A stretch of 62,808 nucleotides of DNA, counting the filler. It is 9 parts of 9 records of this genome, joined end to end, with 100 filler letters (N's around TTAATTAATTAA, not from the genome) between each part and the next. Parts side by side here need not be neighbours in the genome. Positions count along the whole stretch, not along the records: positions 31,828 to 35,771 come from SRR7504441_2141; positions 35,872 to 39,722 come from SRR7504441_2142; positions 39,823 to 42,960 come from SRR7504441_2145; positions 43,061 to 53,165 come from SRR7504441_2147; 5 more parts are not named here. One strand, written 5' to 3'. Below, in pieces: positions 33,317 to 44,950 of the stretch (the first letter of the stretch is position 1; each line of letters opens with the position of its first letter). The notes under the pieces were generated by a model that was not told the DNA's origin, did not search any database, and saw only the letters and a list, made by a program, of their open reading frames with translations. A program made the translations under genes and the position numbers.

Positions 33317-34744
33317 TTACAAGTCTGCAGGGAGCGTCATGTCCCATATTCGGAGCCCCGCGGCCCCGCCCCCGGGGATGAGCCCGACTCTCCCGGTGCT
33401 CGCGGGCATCAGGTAAACCGGGAACAGCACGTCCTCCAGGTAAAGCTCGAGCATCGACCGCCGGAAGAGCAGTCGGGCGGACAGCTTGACCCCCGGGGCC
33501 ATCCCGTCCAGCTGGCGGTCGAACACCCCCGATTGCACCGGGCGCGGCTTGCCAAAGCAGCCCGGCACAGCAGCCGCCGGAGCACTCGCCAGGGTCACTC
33601 GCCCTACAGGGTCGACTGCAACAAGAAGCGCCCCGCCGGTCTGCTGCTCGATTGCGAAGCCGGGGTAATCAAGCCACGAGCCGGCTGAGTCTGGCGGGAG
33701 GGTGAGTTCGGCTTCGAGCACCGCCCCGGTTAGCACGTGCATCTGGGCGAGGTAGCAGCCAGACTGGTTCAGAGCACGCTCGGCCCCCTTGAGCCTGCCG
33801 TTAGCCGGCCACCATCCGAATCGGAGTGTGCCAGCGTCGTCGACCACTGCGCGCTTAAACGGAGAGGCGTAGGTCCTGCCGGTGTGCGCAAAGGTCTGGT
33901 GAGTGACAAGCAGTTCTCTCTCGGCGCTGTAAAAGAACCGAGCAAAGTAGCATGAGTGGGCGCTCGGGAGGACCACAGGGTTCTTGACTGCCACGTGCCA
34001 GGGACCAGCCGGCGTGGTCGCATTGTATGTGACCATTTGTCCGTTCTGGCCGAGGATGGCGTAGTAGCCGGCCTGGCCTTGCCCGTATTCGATGTATTCT
34101 ACTGCCCCGACTTCACCGGCGAGCGGCGGGACCATGGTAGGCGATGGCAGCGCTTCCCAGGTGACCCCGTCGTTGGTGATGCCAAACCCCATCATGCCGG
34201 ACACCGGAGAGGCGGTCCAGAAGCCATACCGCGGGTAGCCATCCATGGAGCCCTGGTTGGGCCGACGGGCAGCAGGGGTAGGGATGGTGTAGATGCAATC
34301 CCAACGGCCGGGCAGCTTGTAGTATCGTTGGTCGATGTCGAACCACCGGTCGAGCGGGGTCCAGTGGATTAAGTCAAAACTCTGGCCGAACGTGATGTTC
34401 TGGTAGCTCCCCGGGTCCTGAGACCAGTTGATCAGATAACGGCCGGTGCTGTTGAAGTCGGGTGCACGCCAGACCGACCCGGTGCCTTCCCACCAGTGGT
34501 GCTGCACCCAGCTCGGCCCGTGGAAGACGTAGCCGTGGTCGGTCCAGTGGGTGCCGTCGCCCGACGAGGCTGCACCAAACCCCTCGCCGGGGCTGTGTTC
34601 GGTGATAAGGTAGTAAAGGTAGTAGGTGCCGTTCTCGGCGAATGCCCAGGTGTCCCACTGCGAGCTGACCGCCTTGGACTGGAACATCATCCCTTCTGCC
34701 CCGAGCACGAGCCCCGCCAAAAGCCCGGCGGCGAACCCGACCAT
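33317..34744 (-). CDS. Secreted GH32-like (clan GH-J) glycoside hydrolase, single ORF
   Basis: Signal peptide; WDTW, YYLYY, SGDGTHW, GTGSVW, RWD, EVG propeller motifs; C-terminal beta-sandwich RSMLELYL. Confidence 0.8.
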   Translation of the reverse strand: MVGFAAGLLAGLVLGAEGMMFQSKAVSSQWDTWAFAENGTYYLYYLITEHSPGEGFGAASSGDGTHWTDHGYVFHGPSWVQHHWWEGTGSVWRAPDFNSTGRYLINWSQDPGSYQNITFGQSFDLIHWTPLDRWFDIDQRYYKLPGRWDCIYTIPTPAARRPNQGSMDGYPRYGFWTASPVSGMMGFGITNDGVTWEALPSPTMVPPLAGEVGAVEYIEYGQGQAGYYAILGQNGQMVTYNATTPAGPWHVAVKNPVVLPSAHSCYFARFFYSAERELLVTHQTFAHTGRTYASPFKRAVVDDAGTLRFGWWPANGRLKGAERALNQSGCYLAQMHVLTGAVLEAELTLPPDSAGSWLDYPGFAIEQQTGGALLVAVDPVGRVTLASAPAAAVPGCFGKPRPVQSGVFDRQLDGMAPGVKLSARLLFRRSMLELYLEDVLFPVYLMPASTGRVGLIPGGGAAGLRIWDMTLPADL

Positions 34745-34821
34745 TTTGCCGAGCGTTTTGCCGTTACAAGTGGTATTTTAGGACCGGGGCCACACGGCGG
34801 GAGAGGACAAGGGCGACAGCG

Positions 34822-35265
34822 ATGAACTGGAAGACGGACAAGATCGACGAGATCGGGAAGAACTGCATCTGGCGGGAGCACCTGGTCAAAGAGGCCGCCT
34901 GTGTCACGCTGAACGAGCACTTTCGGGTCAACCCGAAGAGCATGATCAGCATCACGGACAAAGTGAACCAAGTCAACCCCAACCTGCCCCCCCCGCGCAA
35001 GAAGGCGCTCTCCGAGGTAGACGACACCCAGAAAGCGCTCAACCAGGCCCTGTCCGACGCCTGCCTCTCCCCGCGGAGCAAGTACCGTGAGCCGCAGACC
35101 GGCAACATGGATTATGGCTGGATGGCCGAGCCGCTGGTGCCCCCCAACAGACAGTGGCAGTTCGGGCTCAAGTCGAACGAGATAACGGCGTACGCCGCGG
35201 CCTACGTGGAGTCGGCCGGCGTGTCGCCCTACTCGAATAAGACGCGAGTATGCATCGACAACTAG
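34822..35265 (+). CDS. CFAP144: Cilia- and flagella-associated protein 144 (FAM183 family)
   Basis: NCIWREHLVKE...FRVNP...PRSKYREPQTGNMDYGW...EITAYA matches the FAM183 pattern. Confidence 0.8.
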   Translation: MNWKTDKIDEIGKNCIWREHLVKEAACVTLNEHFRVNPKSMISITDKVNQVNPNLPPPRKKALSEVDDTQKALNQALSDACLSPRSKYREPQTGNMDYGWMAEPLVPPNRQWQFGLKSNEITAYAAAYVESAGVSPYSNKTRVCIDN

Positions 35266-35741
35266 CCGGCAGCGGCTACATGTGAGGGGCACGGGGCAAA
35301 GGCAGAGGGGAGGGCCAATGCGGCGGCATCTGCAGTGGCGAGGGGGGGCTTGGCGGCGCAGTGGCGGGGTGGGGCTGGCATTCTGGTCGGGGTATGAGTG
35401 AATAGTGGGCTGTGGAGCTGAGTGATTGCTGCGGCGGACCGCTGGTCTGATTTGTCCGGGGAACGGCATGGGTGTTTTACGCAGGCGGGCCTGCGCGCAG
35501 CATGGAGTATGTTTGCGTGCTTGAGTTGGGTGATGCTCGGGAGCGTGTGTAATTCTTTCATGCATATAATTTATAAACGAGATGAACGTCGTTCTGAAGT
35601 ACTTGTACCAAGTGCCACTTTATTGTGCTCTAGTCTGTCATACGAGACTGCAGACATATCAATGACGTGTGCCGTAAGATGGAAGCGCTTAATGCCACTA
35701 AAGACCACCTGCCATCTGAGCCCGGGCCGCGGATCACCTCA

Positions 35742-35764
35742 TCAATACACACTTTGCCACATAG
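35742..35764. repeat. 23-bp motif TCAATACACACTTTGCCACATAG at contig end (copy 2)
   Basis: Identical to 27820..27842. Confidence 0.85.
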
Positions 35765-35771
35765 GGTAACG

Positions 35772-35871
35772 NNNNNNNNNNNNNNNNNNNNNNNNNNNNN
35801 NNNNNNNNNNNNNNNTTAATTAATTAANNNNNNNNNNNNNNNNNNNNNNNNNNNNNNNNNNNNNNNNNNNN
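35772..35871. other. Artificial contig-joining spacer
   Basis: N44-TTAATTAATTAA-N44. Confidence 0.98.
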
Positions 35872-37450
35872 GGGGGGGGAGGGGCGATCGGGTCTGCAGG
35901 CTAGAATCTATGGGCGAGGTGGAGCGCGAGCAGGAGCTCGCCGATCGCGTGGAGCAAATGCGGGCGCTCCAGCAGCGGCAAGAGCTGCGTGAGAAGCTCA
36001 AGCAGCGGAAGGCTGGCGCCACTGCCAAAGAAAGGCCGCCGCCCCGCCGGACTGGCAACAAGAAAGACGATAAGAGGGTGCGGAACCGAACCGGCCCGGC
36101 ATGAGCCAGCCTGTCTCAGGCCGCTCTAGAGGATCTCAGACGCCGCGCGTCCGGGGAGCGTGAGCGCAAAAAGCAGGCAGCTGCGCGCGCGGGCCAGGCG
36201 GCGAGTCTGAGCAGGTGATGGATGTGTATGATGAGGAAGATGAGCCGGAGGAAGAGCTTTCCGAAGACGAGCGCGACCGTTCGGTGACACGCGCCAGCTC
36301 GGCTGATCTGAGATGGGTCAGGACGATGACAACTATGATGATTATCGCGAGGTTGAGGATGTGATGGACTGGGAAGGGTCTCATGGGCTGCGGGCGCAAC
36401 TGCCTCAAGTGTTCTTGACGAGGCAGAAGGTGCGCCCGTCGCTGCCTAGGCTGCACGCTGACCCGGCTGGTGCAGCTCGAGAGCTGGCATGACAAGCCGT
36501 ACTTTGATGACAGCGTCAAAGGCTGCTTTGTCAAGATTAACCTGGGGCACTCACAAAAGACAGGCCAACAGTCATACAGAGTGTGCAGGGTAATTGAGGC
36601 TCAGGAGAGGGGGACGCAGTATAAGCTGCCTTCTGGCGAATGGTGCAGGAAGGCGCTTTTGCTGGCCTATGGCGCCGACGAAAAAAAGTTCATGCTGAGT
36701 TCTGTCTCAAACGACCTTCCGACAACGTCTGAGCTGGATAATTGGAACCGAAAGGCGACAAAGGACAATGTAGAGCTTCCCACAAAGCAGGAGCTAGAAG
36801 ATACTATCGCCCGGATTCAAAACGCTGAAAACTTTGTGTACGATGATAATGTGATTAACAAGATGGCGTCCGGTGGGGACATGACAAAGCAGGGCAACAT
36901 TGCAATCCAGAAGGATAGGCTCAAGGGCCTCCGGGAGAAAGCAGCTCAAGAGGGCCAGAACGAGGACTACCAGAAGTACACCGAGCAGCTCAATCAACTG
37001 CTCGAGCAAGAGGACCAAATCAAGAAAGAGACTGGCGAGCATGAGAAAATCGCATCTGGCGTCACTCACATCAATTCGCGCACGAGGCAGCGCAATCGAC
37101 TAGTGGAGGCAACAATCGGAGCCCGTAACCGCAAAGCCCGCGATGATCAATCAGATGAGTTTGTGCGTAGACCGACCCAGAATATCTGCTACTTTGATCT
37201 TGGACAAAAGAGCCCAACCCCAGCCATCAAGGGGCAACAAGAGGAGCCAAAGGCAATGGGAGCTCCTGCTGCAAAGCCAAAAACTGTACTTGAGAAGATT
37301 CATGATCTCGAGCTGGACATTGACCTCGGTCTGCTCAACAAGGCAACGCCAATTTTGCAATGCCCACAGCCGATCATCCCCCGTCCAAGTAAGAAGAGCT
37401 TCCAAACCACTATGTCATTGCAAGAATACCTAAATCTTGCGGCGGAATAG
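35872..37450 (+). CDS. RTF1: Paf1 complex subunit RTF1 (Plus3 domain), 5'-truncated
   Basis: LESMGEVEREQELADR; Plus3 LTRQK|LESWHDKPYFDDSVKGCFVKI...YRVC...MLSSVSN; DEFVRRPT; C-terminal MSLQEY. Confidence 0.9.
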
Positions 37451-37712
37451 ACCAATGCATCAGGTACCGATGCATAAGTCTAAAGTCTTTCGAGACATAA
37501 TTAGCAAGTGTTTAGACTGATGACCTCATGAAATCTGTGTATGTATCTCTATTAGTAGGCATTAACATGTGCAGATCGGGACCTCTCGTGAATCATTCTA
37601 GCACTAGTATTAATTAAGCAGTTAGCTACTCGTATTAAGTTCCTCATTGATCATAGTTCGGTCACCGCCGATTGTAAATACAAGCTACTACAGGCCAACA
37701 TCGAAAGGGAGC

Positions 37713-39329
37713 TTATAACTCATCTTGCCGCTTTAGCTTGACGGACTGTCTTGTCTTAGGACGCTGCTCTTTAAACAGCTTGATCCCGTTCTTAAGGATC
37801 GCCTTTCGCATGATTCGATACTCCACCTGCAAGATGTCCACCCGTGAGCCGAGAACAGGCCCATGAAGCGACCGCTAGCCTTTTTTGTGCTGTAGGATTC
37901 ATTCTCAGCAACGTTATATCGTACTCCATAGTTGTTGAATACTTGGAGTAGACATCGTCCAGTACTGCGATACCAGTCTGGGCGACAATGTCCTGCAGTT
38001 CATCCGGTAGCCTGCGAGCGCAGCTCATGGCAGATAGGTGCGTGTGTGCTCTACCTCTTGCCTGCGGTGATGTGATCCCTGTACCTGAGCAATTCTACTC
38101 GATCGAGAGTCAAAACCTTGTGGTTCTACTCACAGCACAGGCTGTCAGGGCCGCACCTGAACTGCTTGAATGAATCCTTTGGGTAGTGGACCTAGGCATG
38201 CCAGGGTAACACGGGTTGCAGCTGGCTGCCGGCCGGACCGAATTGTAGCTCAAACTTGAGCTCTGTCAACCCAATCTCCTTGGCTACCTCTAGCTTGAAG
38301 TCATGATCTGGATCCTGGGGCGAGAGATTCAATTGAACTTCAACTGTGTCGAGGGGAGTTGGCGTCGAGGGCATGAACCCTGTGGCAGGCCAAAGGCTGA
38401 GCAAGACAACAAGTGCGCAATGCAGACCATAGTAAAGCACAAATTCCTCGCTCGACTTATTGCCATACGAAATTGTGATTTCGTCACCTTTCCCGACAGC
38501 AACATTTAGCCCCACCTTGCCACCAAGAAGAGTAAGTGCTTGATAGCATGTGGGCAAAAAGGGGCTACACCTGGAACTCGGATAGAATCATGCTACTGTC
38601 GATTTCAGCCGATATCGATGCAATCGGCTTGCGTTGCTCATGATTGCACTGGGCAACAAACGGCACTATGGCCAGTCCCATTTCATTTCCAAAGTCAAAG
38701 TATTGAGAACGAGACCACACCATTGAGATTGCCCACCGGAGCTTCTCCAGCGAGAAGGCTTCCTCACTGACTGCCAGGTCGGCTATCTCAAAGAGCTCGA
38801 GCAGCCGGCCGGAGCCAATCATGATCTCGTGCACATTCGCCAGCTTCTGATCTATGGCCTCCAGCCGCCCAGCGAGTGCTGGGCTCTGGAACTGCTCTCT
38901 CTCCTTAGTGTCAAAAAAGAGGGGGAATGTAGGCAGCCGGTCTGGGAGCATCCGGATTAGCGCTCCCCAGTCGGATCCCGGTCTGTCGTGCTCGAAGAGC
39001 AGCGTAAGGGCCAGCAGCATCTGTTCGGCGTCAATCTCCCCCGCCACGTCCTCCAGCAGCGTATCGTCCGCCGCCAGGACTTCCTGCAGCTGCGGCGCGC
39101 TCCGGCTGCTCAGCGCGGCGGTCGGCGGCACCGAGGCTGCCACTGATTTGGCCCGGATCGGCTCCGCGGCCAGCACCCTGAAGCCCTGGTCTGCGGCTGG
39201 GGCGATTTGTAGCTTGGCCGCCCGGACGCCCCGCGCCTCCAGCCAGGCGAGATACTCTGGGAGTGGTCCGCTGGCCGCCGCCGCCAGGCTGATCACGAGC
39301 AGCGCGGGCCCAACATACGCGCGTCGCAT
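37713..39329 (-). CDS. SETD3/Rubisco-LSMT-type SET methyltransferase with signal peptide and C-terminal QDEL
   Basis: YLAWL, GFRVLA, WAISMVWSRS, VPFVAQCNH, GDEITISYGNKS.EEFVLYYGF; last exon after intron 37827..37872 reads VEYRIMRKAIL...KRQDEL*. Confidence 0.85.
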
Positions 39330-39542
39330 CGATACAGGCAGTGATGAGGGTATGACAAGGGGGCCTCCGGCAGCTGTCCGGACGGATTGGTTGCCGTTGA
39401 GGGCCAGCTCGAATCCGGCTGGCAGTGCAGCTCTGGGAGCGGCCCGGGGTGCGGGAGGAGGCCTTGGCGGGCACGGCGGAGAGAGCTGTAGCTGTACGTG
39501 GGCCGCGTGGGGTTGGGAGGCTCGGCCGTCCGGTGGCCCGAG

Positions 39543-39722
39543 ATGTTGCCCCCTCAAACCGAGAGGTGCAACTGCCCCCCGGCTCCGTGGAGGCCGGCTG
39601 CAGGCGGCTCCGCACAATGTTCGACAAGTTTCTGAGCTTTGGGGCCCGCCGGGAAGGCCAGACCGGTGAGCAGGCCCGCTCCCAGCGAGTCTAGCGTGTG
39701 GGGGCAGCCGGCGATGGGCACC
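39543..39722 (+). CDS. 5' fragment of a spliced gene, weakly p25-alpha/TPPP-like
   Basis: Two GT-AG introns give MLPPQTERRLRTMFDKFLSFGARREGQTAGDGH; truncated by the gap. Confidence 0.3.
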
Positions 39723-39822
39723 NNNNNNNNNNNNNNNNNNNNNNNNNNNNNNNNNNNNNNNNNNNNTTAATTAATTAANNNNNNNNNNNNNNNNNNNNNN
39801 NNNNNNNNNNNNNNNNNNNNNN
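39723..39822. other. Artificial contig-joining spacer
   Basis: N44-TTAATTAATTAA-N44. Confidence 0.98.
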
Positions 39823-41224
39823 TCTTGGGCTGCGGCACCATTGCAGATTTGAAGGTGTGGAGTCTCTTTCCAGCTGCCCCTACCCAGCATGCCTGCATCT
39901 TGCCAAAGAAGGAGTATTCGCTCGAATAGTCGGCGTATCCGTCACGGATTGCCTCGAGCATCTGTACTTGATTGGCGAGCACGTCAGGCGCCGAAGCGTC
40001 CATCAGCCCGACTGCGCCGAGACCGGCCGCTCCAGGCGCGCCATCCGCAGGTGCAAAATCTTCAGTCTCACCCTCGTTACCCCAGTCCTCGGCAATCTCA
40101 TCGTCGTCGCTCTCGTATGGCAGCATCTCACCAATCTCAGAGCTCGACGGCGGGCTCAAGCTGTTGTTGGATGCAGTTTCCTCAGGGTCTCCGCTGGTGA
40201 TCTCACTGCGATAGTTTTCAAACTCCGGACAGACAGTGGTGCTCGTGCCAGGCATTTCAGAGGCCAGCAGGGCATCGACAAGCCCTGGTGCGCAGAATGG
40301 CTCGACTGTGTCAGCAGCCTGCCCATCCATGCCAGCCGGGGCAGCCGAGTCGAACGTGATCCCGCCCTCACGCGACACGTGAAGGTTGTGCATCAGCAAT
40401 CCGCGCGCGCCGCCTTCGTCAAACTTTGCAGACATGATGTGGAACATGGGATCGACTGTGAACGAGTTTGAGTCCTTCTTCAAGTTGATGTGGTCCACGT
40501 TCGACTCGATCACGTTCGCGGAGTGCGCCGCCTGCCACCGCCATCCGGCAGCCGGCCTGGCGCCCGAGCACCTTGCGTCGCGCCTTTGGCTTGTCCTCAT
40601 GATCGTCCTCGTCCATGTCGTCGTCATCTGCAGCAACAGACCACCCCTCAGCCCGGCCCAGCTGGCTCGCGCGCACCGCCTTCGGGTCCTTGTTGCTCTG
40701 TTCGGCCCAGCCCCCCGAGCACCTTGAGCGCGTTCGAGTGCACGTTGTCCACCCTAGAGGCGTAGATCTTGGCTCCGGCGTCGAGTGCGCACGAGGCCTG
40801 CTGGAAGTTGGTCTCCTTGTCCCGCATCCCGACGGCGGTGTCCAGATTCTCGAGCAGCATCGTCTTGAACGAATTAGCCGCGTTGATTTTCTGCCAGACC
40901 GTCAGGCGCCTTCCCCGCGGGCGGGCTCACGTTCTCCTGGGCCATGCTGATGATCTGCGCGAGCTTCGACGTGACCTCCTCGTCCACCCCCTTGCTGCAG
41001 ACCGACTTGCGGCCGGACGGGCTGCGGTACGGGCTGCTGAACACGGCCTCCCTCGCCTTCTCCTCCTCCTTCTGCAGCCGGCGCTCCTCGCGCTCGGCCT
41101 CATCGTCGTTCAGGTCCAGGTCGGCCTGGGCCCGCGCGTGAGCCGCCCCGCGCCTACAGGACTGGCGCACCTTGAGCGCCGTCCCGAAGCTGGACTTGCG
41201 GCGATGGCCAGCTGTCTTGCCCAT
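39823..41224 (-). CDS. NCAPH: Condensin I kleisin subunit (Barren/CAP-H), 3'-truncated
   Basis: NDDEAER, EN|KINAANSF, NFQQASCALDAGAKIYASRVDNVH..KVLGGL, VDPMFH.MSAKFDEGGARGLL. Confidence 0.9.
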
Positions 41225-41328
41225 TTTTTGTTTTGTAATTCGTGGAATCCGTTGCCGATGAGATTGGCAAGTGGCACGCCGTCACTCAAGACACGCGCCT
41301 GCCACGGGCAGCGGTCTCGCCGACACAC

Positions 41329-42846
41329 ATGAGCCAGCGGGTGGCGGGCCGCAGCCGTGGGATCGAGGTGTTGCACAACGACTCATGGTGGCCGGCCACG
41401 CTGCTCTCTCGCGACACCCTTCTCAACGCCAACGTCCGGTACGCCGACGGCTCGGTCGAGAGCAACATCCCCGACACTCGGGTCCGGCCTGCCCAGTCCG
41501 ACCCGTCCGACCAGCGGCTGGCCGATTCGCCCCGGAAGCGGGCCCGACCGCCCCCAGCGCAGTGTCGGCAGCCGGCCTCGTCCAGGCTGAGCCCACGCGG
41601 GACGGAGCAGAGCCCTGTGGCGCACGAGGCTAGCCGGCTGGCGGCCCGGTTGCGACAGCAGGCCTACCCGCAGGATCTGATCGAGATAGCTGAGGGGTTG
41701 GCTCGCCGGCTACAGAACTTCCACGGGCGGAGGGCCGACGGGAGGCCCGAGCCGAGTCCGCCCGGCCAGCCGGCGGACGGACCGAGCAGGAGTGAGGGGC
41801 AAGGGGAGGCATCAATCGAGCCGTCTGGCGGCCAGATATTTGAGGCGAGGGAGCGGTGCGGTGTGTGTGGCGACCCTTACGAGCTTGAGTTTGACGGGTC
41901 GGCCAACGATGAGTTGATGCTCTGTGCGCGGCCGGCCTGCTCGGACTGAGGCTGGGCGCAGGCGAGATGTGCAACCAGGCGGTGCACAGGACGTGCTGGG
42001 GCGGGACTGATTACCGGATCCCTCACGACCACTGGATCTGCCCAGGCTGTGCTGAGGGCCAGCAGCTGCGGTGTGTGCTGTGCCTGCGGACGGGTGGGCT
42101 GGTCAAGTCGACAAACTGCGGGGATTGGTGCCACGTCAGCTGCATGCTCGCGCTGCGCAACCCGTCCCAGCTGGCCGTCGGGTACAGTGTAAATAGCAGT
42201 GCCAGCTGGGACGCGGAGAGCAAAATAAAGATCTACAGCCAAGGCTCCAGCAGCGACCGTGCATGGGCCGAGCTGAGAAGCCAGCACTTGGGGCCGTGCG
42301 CTGTGTGTGACTCTGCCGAGGGGGCCTGTGTCACCTGCGCTGAACCCGGGTGCGGCGCTGCCTCCAACCTTGTGAGCCGGTGTGTGCAGCTGTACAGTCA
42401 AGTTTCATGCTTCGTGCGCGGTGCAGCACGGGACAGAGAGCTGGCTGCATGGCGCGCGGGCTGCCAAGGTGTACCAGGCGCGGCCGGGCGGGGCCCAATG
42501 CAGCAGCTCGCTGCTGTTCTGCCCACAGCACTCTCTGCACCTTTGGTACGACGTTTTATGGTCCCAGATGGACCCAAGCCGACTCGAAGGCACATGCAGG
42601 GGGGTGCCCGCAGTACCAAAGTCTCGCAAGGAGCCAACTGGCTGTGGTGCGAATGATAGGAAAAAGAGCAGCCCTAAGCCGAGCAGCAACGGCACCAAGA
42701 AGGGGCCGCCGCCGCCGGCTCAAGGGCTCGCCAGCACTAGGTTAGCTGTCGAGAACTCTCCTCTAAGTCTCATGCAGATGTATCAACGCCGACGTTTGAA
42801 TCCGAGCCAACAGGCCCCTTTTTATGAGGCGCCGTTACTTAATTGA
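41329..42846 (+). CDS. Chromatin reader: Tudor/Agenet-like + PHD-Zn knuckle-ePHD (PZP, Jade/BRPF/AF10-like)
   Basis: EVLHNDSWWPA..VRYADG; CGVC..LMLCEMCNQAVHRTCW..WICPGC; CVLC..GGLVK..WCHVSC; CAVC..GACVTC..C..KFHASCA..FCPQH. Confidence 0.8.
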
Positions 42847-42960
42847 GTTAGCTCGTGTCGTCTTATATAAAGTTGATTAAACGCTCATACATTGCGCGCA
42901 CGAGGCGCGCAACCTACTAGCATAACTACCGGCTAGTAGCGCTAGTAGCCGGCTAGCTAA

Positions 42961-43060
42961 NNNNNNNNNNNNNNNNNNNNNNNNNNNNNNNNNNNNNNNN
43001 NNNNTTAATTAATTAANNNNNNNNNNNNNNNNNNNNNNNNNNNNNNNNNNNNNNNNNNNN
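42961..43060. other. Artificial contig-joining spacer
   Basis: N44-TTAATTAATTAA-N44. Confidence 0.98.
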
Positions 43061-43290
43061 GCATCGGTAGTGCTCGAACCCGTCGGCCTTGAGCATGATC
43101 CCGACCAGCGAGACGTGGCTCGAGTCCATCGCCTGCACTGAGATGCCCTCGGCCGTGCAGTCGAAGTTGGCCTCGGTCACGAGGTCCTTGACAGCCTCGA
43201 TCAGCTTCTTGAGCAGTGAGCCCTGTGCGATGCGTGCCTCCTGCCCGACCACATGCTCAGCCCGAGCTCGCCAGGAGCCGGCACCAGCAT
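43061..43290 (-). CDS. PCNA: Proliferating cell nuclear antigen, 5' part
   Basis: [30 protein letters not shown]...[11 protein letters not shown]...FEHYRC; 44-nt intron 43241..43284. Confidence 0.96.
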
Positions 43291-43430
43291 GTTCTTGCTT
43301 TTGATGATACCCGAGCCTCGGGATTTGAAAGTTCTGGCAGTCTTCCCGCGGTCCGTTGGCTTGAATCTCAATAAACCGAAGGCTGGAGGTTGGGAGGCGC
43401 TGAAGCATGCGCTGGAGCTGCTCGGGGTTG

Positions 43431-44645
43431 ATGGGGTTGGTGGTGGTGGCCCTGGCCCGCGCCGCCGCTGCCGCCGTCTGTATGACGGACTCCGACTGCC
43501 AGCTCAATGGGGTGTGTAGGTCGGGGGTGTGCGATTGCGACGCCGCGTGGGACGGTGCCACCTGCGGTCAGCTCGCTTTCGATGGCGATGGTGCGCTCGC
43601 TTACGGGGGGCCCAATGCTTTGGTGACCAGCTGGGGCGGCGGGCCACCGGTGTTCGATGAGGACTCTGGGGCGTGGACGCTGTTCCTGACGGAGATTGGT
43701 TTCCACTGCGGCCTGGACCAGTGGCAGCGGTACTCGACAGTGGTGGCCGCGACCGGCTCAAGCCCGGCCGGGCCGTTCACCCGCAGCCGACTCGTGATCC
43801 CGCAGCAAGCGCATAACCCGTACTATGCGTGGGACGCTTCTTCCGGGACGCATTTGATCTACCACATCGGCGCCGGCACCGGCACCGGCCAGTACAACAG
43901 CTCGCTTCGCTGCGCTAACGGCACCACCCCTGGGCCAGCCGGGGCAGCAGCACGGTCGGCGTGGCTCGGTGACGATCCGGTCTACAGCGCGCAGCCCAAC
44001 CTGCACGCCGCTCGCTCGCTCAAGGGCCCGTTTGTTCCAGTCAACTTCACGCTGCCGCCCGGGCACGCTGCGGTTGGCTGGGGCAACGACAACCCAGCGC
44101 CGTGGGTGTTTGAGAATGGCACAGTGCTGATGCTGTCCCGGAAGTACAACGGCACGGCAGCCAAGCTCAAGATCGTGCCGCATGACACCATTTGGCTCGT
44201 GCGGGCAGACAGCTTCAGAGGGCCGTATACGCTGGTCCACGACGAGCCGCTGTTTTCCGACTACTTTAAGGAGCACGCGCCGTTCAATGAGGAGGACCCC
44301 GTGCTCTGGCGCGACGCAAGGGGCCACTTCCATGCGCTCTTCCACTTTAGCCGCGGGCACGCCTGGAGTGAGGACGGCATGAGCTGGCGTTGGGGCGGCG
44401 GGAAAGCGGCGTGGACAACCACGGTCAGTGGCATCTCGTGCGACGACGCCGCGTGCAGGTCGGCTGCCGGGCACGTGCAGACGGTGCGGGATGCTGAGCG
44501 ACCACGGTTGTGGATCAACGCGAGCACCGGGCAGCCCGAGCTCTTCTTCGTCGCATCCGGCGGCAACAGCCAGCCGTCGAAGCCGGGCCTCGGCGCCAAG
44601 GGCTTCACGGTGGTGCAGCGGATCAGAACCAAGAAGCCAGTCTAG
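43431..44645 (+). CDS. Secreted EGF-like + five-bladed beta-propeller glycoside hydrolase-like protein (GH43/clan F-like), single ORF
   Basis: Signal peptide; [48 protein letters not shown] motifs. Confidence 0.7.
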   Translation: MGLVVVALARAAAAAVCMTDSDCQLNGVCRSGVCDCDAAWDGATCGQLAFDGDGALAYGGPNALVTSWGGGPPVFDEDSGAWTLFLTEIGFHCGLDQWQRYSTVVAATGSSPAGPFTRSRLVIPQQAHNPYYAWDASSGTHLIYHIGAGTGTGQYNSSLRCANGTTPGPAGAAARSAWLGDDPVYSAQPNLHAARSLKGPFVPVNFTLPPGHAAVGWGNDNPAPWVFENGTVLMLSRKYNGTAAKLKIVPHDTIWLVRADSFRGPYTLVHDEPLFSDYFKEHAPFNEEDPVLWRDARGHFHALFHFSRGHAWSEDGMSWRWGGGKAAWTTTVSGISCDDAACRSAAGHVQTVRDAERPRLWINASTGQPELFFVASGGNSQPSKPGLGAKGFTVVQRIRTKKPV

Positions 44646-44950
44646 TGGCCGATTTCTCCACATGTACGGCACCGAACGTTCCAACCCTGCACAATCATGC
44701 CCTGCATGTAAACAACCATGTAAACAACCGTATTCAAGCATTCACGATTAGTCAATAAGGCTGACCAGTTTCGGGCAATTCATATATCGTTGTTAGGGTT
44801 ACGACCAATTTAATATTGTGCATTTTCATTGAACTTGTCAGTGCATTCATGAAGTGTTTCGAATCCATATACCAGTTTATTATTCACTTCCAGCTGTTGT
44901 GAGTTGTGACCAAGGTTGAATGACTTTCAGAGCTTATGGAAGCTGCGTTC

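Noticed and set aside
35266-35460. G-run-rich tract after CFAP144 (G-quadruplex-like)
   Set aside because: G-runs are expected at this GC content; no further support.
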